A stretch of DNA of 32,000 bases from Acutalibacteraceae bacterium (GCA_045631965.1 JAZQVR010000032.1:1-32000); one strand, 5' to 3'; counted from the first letter of the stretch, positions 1-7,120 are shown. Made by a program: numbers and translations. The notes: a model not told the origin generated them from the letters alone.

Positions 1-81
1 ATACACTTTTACAACAACGAACGTATCCAATTAAAAACAAAACTGACTCCGCTCGAAAAACGAAGTCAGTATGTCGCTTAA
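1..81 (+). CDS. IS3-family (rve/DDE) transposase, C-terminal fragment; 5' end lies outside the window
   Basis: Frame 1 reads IHFYNNERIQLKTKLTPLEKRSQYVA then a stop at 79-81. The YNxxR-IQ-x-K-LTP-E tail is the conserved C-terminus of IS3-family integrase-core transposases. Confidence 0.6.
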   Translation: MHFYNNERIQLKTKLTPLEKRSQYVA

Positions 82-140
82 TTAAATATTTCTGCCATAG
101 GTGTTCTTTTTGTACTGTCCGCACAATTTGGGGCAGTTCA
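1..140 (+). mobile_element. Right end of an IS3-family insertion sequence (partial)
   Basis: The non-coding tail after the transposase stop ends in ...ggggcagttCA at 140. Its reverse complement begins TGAACTGCCCC, matching the 5'-TG...CA-3' termini usual for IS3-family inverted repeats. The left IR is not in the window, so the end point is inferred. Confidence 0.45.
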
Positions 141-156
141 GACAAATGTGGTTTTT

Positions 157-190
157 ATATGGTGCGAGTGTTCATAAGGGATTTACTCAA
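157..190. repeat. Left junction of the integrative element: 9-bp direct repeat (157-165) plus left terminal inverted repeat (166-190)
   Basis: atatggtgc at 157-165 is identical to 12975-12983. The reverse complement of 166-184 (gagtgttcataagggattt) matches 12955-12973 at 18 of 19 positions. The reverse complement of 185-190 (actcaa) matches ttgagt at 12938-12943. The right copy has a 10-11 nt insertion between these two blocks. Confidence 0.6.
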
Positions 191-273
191 AATACAAGTA
201 AAACCGGCTTCAAACATAGTATTCTTCACTTTGCTCACCTTGATTAAATAGAGTGAAAAGAAAGGATAATACT

Positions 274-636
274 ATGAAAACTAATTATATTACTTGCAGA
301 CGAGTTGGCGACTATAACATTCCTAATCTTGCATTACCACCCGAAGAAGCAAATATCAAACTCGGAAAATGGGGTATGCTACATAAGGATTACCTGCGTA
401 AACACAAGAAAGTATTGTTTGCAACCCTGCTCGCCGAAGGCAAATTGTGGCAGTATCTTGCAGATGTTGATAAACAGGCTCAAGAGATGTTTGATACCCT
501 TGCAGAACAGATGAAAGAAAAAGAAGATGTTACCGAACAGCTCAAAGCCGAAAACCAAATGCTGTGGGTGCAGAAAACGAGTAATATTGAAACAAGGGTG
601 AGAGATGTTGTTAATAAAGGAATAATATTCAAATAG
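274..636 (+). CDS. tnpV: TnpV-family transposon-encoded protein
   Basis: The translation (GDYNIPNLALP...LGKWGMLHKDYLRKH...GKLWQYLADVDKQAQEMFDTLAEQM...TEQLKAENQMLWVQ) follows the conserved TnpV pattern of clostridial Tn4451-like elements. ATG at 274 has an AAAGGA Shine-Dalgarno (SD) 7 nt upstream. The track ORF starts at an upstream GTG (253). Confidence 0.8.
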   Translation: MKTNYITCRRVGDYNIPNLALPPEEANIKLGKWGMLHKDYLRKHKKVLFATLLAEGKLWQYLADVDKQAQEMFDTLAEQMKEKEDVTEQLKAENQMLWVQKTSNIETRVRDVVNKGIIFK

Positions 637-643
637 TAGCAAT

Positions 644-668
644 AGCGACAGGAAATTACCCTGTCGCT
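644..668 (+). terminator. Stem-loop after tnpV (weak intrinsic terminator)
   Basis: agcgacagg (644-652) pairs with cctgtcgct (660-668) around a 7-nt loop. The following T tract is poor. Confidence 0.4.
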
Positions 669-685
669 ATTAATTTCTATCTGGA

Positions 686-714
686 TTGATTTTTTATGTA
701 TAAAAGAGTATAAT
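686..714 (+). promoter_or_regulatory. Sigma70-type promoter for the helicase/GNAT/HEPN cassette
   Basis: TTGATT (686-691), 17-nt spacer, TATAAT (709-714). GGAGG SD at 794-798 precedes the ATG at 806. Confidence 0.5.
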
Positions 715-805
715 TATCTTTAGATGAACTATCGAAGCTGAATAGAAAGTTTAACAATACAAAATATTGTGAATTATATCAATATTATAAAACGGAGGAA
801 CCATT

Positions 806-2830
806 ATGAGAAAGTATGGAGACTATAGCGAGTTAACAGAGATAAATGCAAGCGAAATTAATAATATTGTCCAAAAAATTGAATCAGCAAAAATAGAATG
901 CACATTATTCTATGGTTTTCCATTGATAGAACTCGATAATACATCGACAATAATGAAGGGTTGTATCATAAGTGCAAAAGGAATTATGATACTGCACGAT
1001 TCTGATATAGAAAAAAAGGTTTATTGGCGTCATATAAATAAAACAATTATGGAATGTCCTTCTGTGAGTGACCTCGCAATGGATCCCACAAGCGGATTGA
1101 TTTCCTTCAAAAAATGTAATGATGTTGATGGAATTCTTGAACATTTGCGTAATAGTAACGACCTTATGTCTATTAGTGATGTAGATTTATTGGTTGCCGT
1201 TATACAAAAAGCATATAATCTTTCAAAATTTGATAACCGAAGCATACAGAAAGAAGATTCAATTGGTAGCATTATAAAGAAACGAAACAATAAAGTTAGT
1301 ATTTTGGATGAGGAACAGTTTGAAACTATATATAAAACACAAACAGGACATGCTAGAATTAGAGGGTTAGCAGGTAGTGGTAAGACCATACTGTTGGCAA
1401 AGAAAATGGCATATTTACATTATAGAAATCCCGAATCAAGAATAGCATATGTATTTTATACTATTTCGTTAAAACAGTTTGTTGATAAGCTGTTTCGTTC
1501 TTTTTATAAAGAATTTGATCCCTATAACGAACCTGATATGTCTAAGATAAGTATTTTACACTCATGGGGAAACAAACATACCGATGGGTTTTATTCTACA
1601 ATTTGCAAGCATTTTAACGTAGAAAGAAAAACATTGAGTGATGTTTATGGAAAAAAAGATAAGTTGGATGCTGTTTGTACGGATTTATTAGAACAATTAA
1701 AAAAACAGGATATCGGTATTTTTGATTATGTATTTATAGACGAAGCACAGGATTTTTCAATTGGCTTTTTTAAATTAGCATTGAAATCACTTAAGCCTAC
1801 AGGAAAATTCATTTACGCATATGATGAATTGCAATCGCTTAACGAAGGAAATAAAATGCCATCAAAATATAGCATTTTTCATAATAAACCATGCGAAGAT
1901 ATAAATTTATCTGTTTGCTACAGAACTCCTAAGGAGATTTTGGTAACAGCACATGCACTAGGATTAGGTATTTATAAGAAGTCTGAAGATGGTTCACCTG
2001 ATATGGTAAATATGATTCAAGATATTGATACCTGGGCGGCAATAGGTTATGATGTTATTGAAGGCAATTTATCTTACGGCCAGCATGTGGTTTTAGGCAG
2101 AAAAGATGTTATTGATGAAAAGTGTAATGATAGTGTAATTATACTTGAAAAAGAAGACCAAATTGAACAGTATAAATATGTTAGAGACGAAATTCTTGAT
2201 TTGATTATCAATCAAGATGTAAGTCCAGATGATATAATGATTATTGACTTGGATTCAATAAACTTAAATGATGATTTTCTTTTATTTCGAAAGGTTTTCA
2301 CTGAAAAATCATGGAATGAAGAAAGTGAAGATTGGATTTGTGGAGTGAATCTTGTCAATAAGGATAATGCTGTTAAGTTTAGAATGAAAAATAATATTCC
2401 GTTTACTACAATTTTTAGAGCAAAAGGTAATGAAGCTAACATAGTTTTTATTTTAAATGCACATAAACTTAGGTCAATTTCCTCATATTCTAGAAACCGA
2501 ATCTTTACTGCTATGACGCGAGCTAGATTCAAAGTTTATTTGTTAGGTACAGGCAATATGAAAACATTTATCGAAGAAGCTGAAACTGTAAAAAGAAATA
2601 ATTATACTTTGAATTTCACATATCCAACAAAAACTCAATTACAGAAGATGTCAACAATTGCAAAAACTGAAATGCAAACTGCAAAGGATTACAATGCAAT
2701 TGTTGATTTGTTCAAAAATCTTAAGACAAACCCAGCATTAATTCAAGAAATTCTGTTAGAACAGATGGGAGCAGGTTCTTTAGAAGAACTGATGGATATG
2801 ATAAAAGAAAGTGACGATGGAGATGAGTAA
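806..2830 (+). CDS. SF1 (UvrD/Rep-like, COG3972-type) helicase-family ATPase with an unassigned ~180-aa N-terminal domain
   Basis: Walker A GLAGSGKT (nt 1364-1387). Motif II FIDEAQDF (1733-1756). CYRTPKEI. FRAKGNEANIVF. Motif VI-like TAMTRARF (2507-2530). Acidic C-terminal tail. Confidence 0.8.
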   Translation: MRKYGDYSELTEINASEINNIVQKIESAKIECTLFYGFPLIELDNTSTIMKGCIISAKGIMILHDSDIEKKVYWRHINKTIMECPSVSDLAMDPTSGLISFKKCNDVDGILEHLRNSNDLMSISDVDLLVAVIQKAYNLSKFDNRSIQKEDSIGSIIKKRNNKVSILDEEQFETIYKTQTGHARIRGLAGSGKTILLAKKMAYLHYRNPESRIAYVFYTISLKQFVDKLFRSFYKEFDPYNEPDMSKISILHSWGNKHTDGFYSTICKHFNVERKTLSDVYGKKDKLDAVCTDLLEQLKKQDIGIFDYVFIDEAQDFSIGFFKLALKSLKPTGKFIYAYDELQSLNEGNKMPSKYSIFHNKPCEDINLSVCYRTPKEILVTAHALGLGIYKKSEDGSPDMVNMIQDIDTWAAIGYDVIEGNLSYGQHVVLGRKDVIDEKCNDSVIILEKEDQIEQYKYVRDEILDLIINQDVSPDDIMIIDLDSINLNDDFLLFRKVFTEKSWNEESEDWICGVNLVNKDNAVKFRMKNNIPFTTIFRAKGNEANIVFILNAHKLRSISSYSRNRIFTAMTRARFKVYLLGTGNMKTFIEEAETVKRNNYTLNFTYPTKTQLQKMSTIAKTEMQTAKDYNAIVDLFKNLKTNPALIQEILLEQMGAGSLEELMDMIKESDDGDE

Positions 2831-3431
2831 ATCCAAGAAAGTGAAAGAAAGTGAAAGAATTTATCATGAATGGCAATGGATATATGAAAATTTTCCACAT
2901 TTTGATTCTTTATTAGACGTAAAAAGTCCAGTAATTTCAGGTTCTGTTATTGGATATAATGTTGGACATTTTAAACCTAACAACTATTCTGAAGTATACA
3001 ATAAGACTGTGGAAGAAGAATTATATTCTATTTATTTGTTAGATGAATCGTTGATTAATTTTTATTATATTTTTGATTCATCCGGAAAAATTGTTGGACA
3101 TAATTTGATGTACATTCCATCGCCAATTGACGAAAATGGTGTTATAAGTGAAGAAATTGCTTTTTCAAAATTTTTGCGTGTGGATTTTGACCAAAAAGGA
3201 TATGAGAACATTGTTCATACGCAGGTTCATTTACATGTTAGTATCTACAAAACGGAGTTTAGGGTTCCATTGGGGCATTACTTATCTCCAAAGGAATTCC
3301 TATACATAGTATTAAAGTATATATGTCATAGTAAAGAACCTTTTGTCGATAAGCTATTAACAAGTGACAAACATGATATATTACTTAATGCAGATGAAGC
3401 GGATAAATTACGATTATTATTTGGAGAATAA
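2811..3431 (+). CDS. Hypothetical 206-aa protein, no motif recognised; translationally coupled to the helicase gene
   Basis: Long ORF overlapping the helicase stop (2828-2830). Possible starts are GTG 2811, ATG 2817 and ATG 2823. It ends 1 nt before the next start. It has the same AT-rich codon style as its neighbours. Confidence 0.65.
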   Translation: MTMEMSKSKKVKESERIYHEWQWIYENFPHFDSLLDVKSPVISGSVIGYNVGHFKPNNYSEVYNKTVEEELYSIYLLDESLINFYYIFDSSGKIVGHNLMYIPSPIDENGVISEEIAFSKFLRVDFDQKGYENIVHTQVHLHVSIYKTEFRVPLGHYLSPKEFLYIVLKYICHSKEPFVDKLLTSDKHDILLNADEADKLRLLFGE

Positions 3432-3432
3432 A

Positions 3433-3933
3433 ATGAACACAATAATACGCAAAGCCAAACTTGGTGACGAAAAAACACTTGCATACATTCAAACGGAATC
3501 GTGGAAGTCTGCATTTACGGATATAATTTCTGCTGAAGATATGGAAAAATGTACTGATATCGTAAAAGCCGAAGCACTGTATGAGAATGTACTGAAATCC
3601 GGTTATGCTGAAATGTCAATTCTTGAAATTGACAGTAAACCTCATTGTATTGCTGCTTGGAGCAAAGCAAGAAACCCTCAATTTTCGGATTGTGCAGAAC
3701 TTATCTGTATTCACAGTTTGAGTGATAATCGGAGCAAAGGATATGGTTCAATAATGATGAATCATATTCTCAAAGAAATTCAAGATTCAGAATATGACAG
3801 TGTTATACTTTGGGTGTTTGAAAAGAATACTCTTGCTCGTAGTTTTTACGAAAAGCACGGATTTGAGCTTACAGATAACACACAGATTTCTTATGGTGCA
3901 GTTGAAGTTATGTATCGTAAAGAATTAGGGTGA
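3433..3933 (+). CDS. GNAT-family N-acetyltransferase (166 aa)
   Basis: MNTIIRKAKLGDEKTLAYIQ... start. Acetyl-CoA loop R-S-K-G-Y-G (RxxGxG). ARSFYEKHGFE motif. I chose ATG 3433 rather than the track start at 3364, because that extension would overlap the previous gene by 68 nt. Confidence 0.85.
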   Translation: MNTIIRKAKLGDEKTLAYIQTESWKSAFTDIISAEDMEKCTDIVKAEALYENVLKSGYAEMSILEIDSKPHCIAAWSKARNPQFSDCAELICIHSLSDNRSKGYGSIMMNHILKEIQDSEYDSVILWVFEKNTLARSFYEKHGFELTDNTQISYGAVEVMYRKELG

Positions 3934-3937
3934 TAAT

Positions 3938-4831
3938 ATGAGACAAGTATTAATGGACAATGCTTTTGAAGCGTGGGCATCAGCCATACGTTTTTGCAAT
4001 GATATTAAAGATGGAAAAGCAACGCTACAGTATCAAAAGAATTTTGTGTCGTCACTTCATAATGCTGTCGAGCTTATTATGAAGCAAATGATGTTGAATA
4101 ACAATGATCACCGTGTCGCAGAAATAAGAAATCCGGAAAATGAAGTTGACGCAAAACTGTTACTTAATTATTTTAAGGCAACTGATTTAAATCGCTTTTT
4201 CAATTCACTATCAGATGACGAACTATCGAAATTTAGCACAATTCAATTTAATAAGCTGATTGAATTGCATAAAAAAGTGTTTGGACATAGCCTTAAAACA
4301 GGAGAATCTTTGAAAACAGAACTCAAGCTGTTGCAACAGTTGAGAAACAACGAAACACATTTTATTATACATCAAGGTGGTTTCTTATCTGAAGAAGATT
4401 TCTGCGTACTTCATAATTTCATGGTTAGATTCTATAAAATTATGAAAACATGGTGTCCTGTGGATAGTGATGATATTGAATTATCTATCTTTCTTTATTG
4501 GGATTGTAATAATCCAACTGATGACGATAGTGTTTATGGATTTGATTGTGAGCCATTGCAGGAGTTTTCCTATGAAACTGCTGTTAAAAATTCAAAGTTA
4601 GCAAAGAATATAGCAGAAGTACTTAAAGGTGATTATCAGTATGGTGCTCCTGATTTTTCAGCTTACACTATTGCAAAAGATTTAGCAGAAGGATACAACG
4701 GACTTTTAGCAACATTTGATGAAATATGGGCAATAGTGTATATGATGCAATGTTTAGGGATAATTGTTATAAAGGATATACTAGATGAAGAAAATGGTAC
4801 AGTTTATTATGATATGAAAGTTCTTTTATGA
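3938..4831 (+). CDS. HEPN-domain protein (putative RNase), 297 aa
   Basis: The N-terminal half looks helical by eye. LQQL-R-N-N-E-T-H at nt 4343-4360 is an Rx4H motif with the typical polar residue after R. The start is 4 nt after the GNAT stop. Confidence 0.65.
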   Translation: MRQVLMDNAFEAWASAIRFCNDIKDGKATLQYQKNFVSSLHNAVELIMKQMMLNNNDHRVAEIRNPENEVDAKLLLNYFKATDLNRFFNSLSDDELSKFSTIQFNKLIELHKKVFGHSLKTGESLKTELKLLQQLRNNETHFIIHQGGFLSEEDFCVLHNFMVRFYKIMKTWCPVDSDDIELSIFLYWDCNNPTDDDSVYGFDCEPLQEFSYETAVKNSKLAKNIAEVLKGDYQYGAPDFSAYTIAKDLAEGYNGLLATFDEIWAIVYMMQCLGIIVIKDILDEENGTVYYDMKVLL

Positions 4832-4905
4832 CGCTTTTTATTGGTGTCGGCAAAATCGTCTCTTCTCTTTATAAAAAGCATTTAATTGTGCGAAATAATA
4901 AAAAC

Positions 4906-4934
4906 TTGACAAAGCAATATTTTTGTGTTATTCT
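4906..4934 (+). promoter_or_regulatory. Sigma70-type promoter with extended -10, inside a 7-bp inverted repeat
   Basis: TTGACA (4906-4911), 17-nt spacer, TG-n-TATTCT (-10 at 4929-4934). ttgacaa and ttgtcaa form inverted arms around it, a possible operator. Confidence 0.45.
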
Positions 4935-4961
4935 TGTCAAAATTCAATTTGAGGTATTATT

Positions 4962-5075
4962 ATGGACGCATATCTTCTCAAAAATCTTGATATGGATATG
5001 AATTGGCTTGCACAGGATGATTATCATTCATCAATGGGCAGGCTTATACCTCTATATTCATTTTGGGATAGATAA
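4962..5075 (+). promoter_or_regulatory. 37-codon leader ORF (MDAYLLKNLDMDMNWLAQDDYHSSMGRLIPLYSFWDR) upstream of a terminator
   Basis: ATG 4962 is preceded by a GAGG SD (4951-4954). Stop at 5073-5075. It is too short for the ORF track. It lies between the promoter and the 5098-5138 terminator. Confidence 0.3.
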
Positions 5076-5097
5076 CATTATTTTTCCATATGTTTAT

Positions 5098-5138
5098 AAC
5101 GGTGTAAGTTGCTGCAGAAACTTACACCGTTTATTTTT
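5098..5138 (+). terminator. Strong intrinsic terminator / attenuator immediately upstream of the methyltransferase gene
   Basis: aacggtgtaagtt (5098-5110) pairs perfectly with aacttacaccgtt (5119-5131). 8-nt loop. T-rich tail tatttttat. Confidence 0.75.
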
Positions 5139-5159
5139 ATATCCAAAGGAGAAATTTTC

Positions 5160-5993
5160 ATGAGATTTTTTGATTTTATAAGTAAAAGATTTTTTAAGAA
5201 ACAACCTTCAAAAACAGGCAATCATCTTGTGGATTTCTATAACCGCATTGATGAAGATTCCCGTCTTTTATCAAAACACGGAAGAATTGAATTCCTTACC
5301 ACTACAAAGTATATTGAGAAATATCTGAGTAACAATATGAAAATTATGGAAATTGGTGCGGCTACAGGCAGATATTCACATTACTTTGCGCAAAAAGGTT
5401 TCGAGGTTGATGCAGTTGAACTTATTGAACATAATATCGAAATATTCAAGTCAAAAACCTTGCCCGATGAAAAAGTCAGCATCAGACAGGGAAACGCTGT
5501 CAATCTTGCTGAATATCCCGATAACAGTTACGACATAACGCTTCTATTGGGGCCGATGTATCATCTTTACACTGCTGAAGGGCAGAAAAAAGCACTTTCA
5601 GAGGCAATCAGAATTACCAAACCCGACGGACATATCTTTGTTGCATACTGTATGCTTGAACCGAGCATACTAGGACAATTTAAAAGAAATCAGATGGACA
5701 AGCTTATTGAAATGGGATTATTCAATCCTAAAAGTCTTGATGCCTATTTTACACCCGAAGGTATTTTCAAGCTCTATACCAGAGATGAAATATTTGAGTT
5801 AACGGCAGACCTTAATGCGGAAAGAATGCATTTTCTTGCAACCGATGGTTATGCCTGTCATATGTGTGAAGTAATAGACAAAATGGATAACGAAACCTAT
5901 GAACTGTATTTGAGATATCATTTTAAAACCTGTGAAAGACAGGATTTAGTAGGCATATCACACCACACACTCGATGTGCTGAGGAAGGAGTAG
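5160..5993 (+). CDS. Class I SAM-dependent methyltransferase (277 aa)
   Basis: Motif I IMEIGAATGRY. Acidic residue at AVELIE. LLLGPMYHL post-motif. AAAGGAG SD at 5146-5152. The track start at 5109 would include the terminator hairpin. Confidence 0.85.
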   Translation: MRFFDFISKRFFKKQPSKTGNHLVDFYNRIDEDSRLLSKHGRIEFLTTTKYIEKYLSNNMKIMEIGAATGRYSHYFAQKGFEVDAVELIEHNIEIFKSKTLPDEKVSIRQGNAVNLAEYPDNSYDITLLLGPMYHLYTAEGQKKALSEAIRITKPDGHIFVAYCMLEPSILGQFKRNQMDKLIEMGLFNPKSLDAYFTPEGIFKLYTRDEIFELTADLNAERMHFLATDGYACHMCEVIDKMDNETYELYLRYHFKTCERQDLVGISHHTLDVLRKE

Positions 5994-5998
5994 ACACT

Positions 5999-7120
5999 AT
6001 GATTAAATATCCGAACTATGACAGAAGCATACTTTCAATTGCATCATCTGTTTTAAACCATTTCGGCGTAAAGGACTGTCAGCATAAGACCTTACCCGAA
6101 TTTGATAAATTACTTGAAAAAGACTACAAAAATATTATAGTAATTCTTTTTGACGGATTAGGGACTTCAACCCTGAACTGCCACCTTAAAGAAAATGACT
6201 TTTTGAGAAGGCATTATATAACCGATATTTCTTCTGTTTTTCCGTCAACAACTGTTGCTGCAACCACATCAATTTTAAGTGGCTATTCTCCGTTGGAATG
6301 TGGATGGCTCGGTTGGGACTTGTACTTTGAGGAAATAGGAGAAAATGTTGCAGTTTTCAAAAATACTTTACAGAGAAACGGTGAGCCTGCTGCAAAATAT
6401 AATGTTGCAAATAGGTATATCCCTGTTAAAAATGTTATGCAAAGAATTGAAGCGATAAAGGGCAGAAAAAGTGCTTACTGTGTAGCATTTTTTTCAAAAT
6501 TCCGCATCAAAAGTGTTGAAGATATTTGCAAGACAATATACAAGCTCTCGAAAAAGAGAAAGAAAAAATACATATATGCATATTGGCATCAGCCTGACAG
6601 TGCAATGCATAGGTACGGAGTAACAAGTCCTGAAGCACATAAAGAGATTCTGCATATCAACAGTGAGGTTGAAAAGCTTTGCAGTAATTTAAAGGATTCT
6701 CTTATAATCATAACTGCTGACCACGGGCTGTGTAATAGTGTAAATTTATTCCTTGAAGACTATCCTGAACTTTACAATATGTTGAAAATACCACCATCAA
6801 TTGAGCCCGGCAGAGCTATGAGTCTATTTGTAAAGGATGGCTTACAGGATGAATTTAAAAACGAGTTCAATAAACTTTTTGGTGATTTATTCATACTTAA
6901 GACAAAGGAAGAGGTATTCTCCGAAAACCTTTTAGGCTACGGTGAACCGCACCCGAGAACACAAGGATTTATTGGTGATTTTCTCGCCATAGCAACAACC
7001 GAAAAAACATTGTTTACAGCAAGAGAAGAACACGAATTCATTGGTGTTCACGCAGGGCTCACGGAAGAAGAAATGACTGTTCCGTTCATTGCCATCGAAA
7101 CAGAAAAGAGTCGAAAATAA
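5999..7120 (+). CDS. Alkaline-phosphatase-superfamily protein (type I phosphodiesterase / nucleotide pyrophosphatase-like)
   Basis: ILFDGLG...FPSTTVAATTSILSG (metal ligand plus nucleophilic Thr region). WHQPDSAMHRYG. ITADHG. The SD GAGGAAGGAG lies inside the 3' end of the methyltransferase gene. Confidence 0.75.
   Translation: MIKYPNYDRSILSIASSVLNHFGVKDCQHKTLPEFDKLLEKDYKNIIVILFDGLGTSTLNCHLKENDFLRRHYITDISSVFPSTTVAATTSILSGYSPLECGWLGWDLYFEEIGENVAVFKNTLQRNGEPAAKYNVANRYIPVKNVMQRIEAIKGRKSAYCVAFFSKFRIKSVEDICKTIYKLSKKRKKKYIYAYWHQPDSAMHRYGVTSPEAHKEILHINSEVEKLCSNLKDSLIIITADHGLCNSVNLFLEDYPELYNMLKIPPSIEPGRAMSLFVKDGLQDEFKNEFNKLFGDLFILKTKEEVFSENLLGYGEPHPRTQGFIGDFLAIATTEKTLFTAREEHEFIGVHAGLTEEEMTVPFIAIETEKSRK

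Noticed and set aside
4842-4850. The 9-mer tggtgtcgg after the HEPN stop is also present in the terminator stem at 7207-7215. This could have been a footprint of cassette insertion.
   Set aside because: A 9-mer identity with no extended flanking similarity is at chance level, and no second hairpin arm is present at 4842.
5160-5993. The methyltransferase considered as the DNA-modification component of an R-M or BREX-like system.
   Set aside because: No (D/N)PP(Y/F) catalytic motif and no target-recognition domain are present. The sequence has the small-molecule/RNA class I layout (GxGxG ... GPMYHL).
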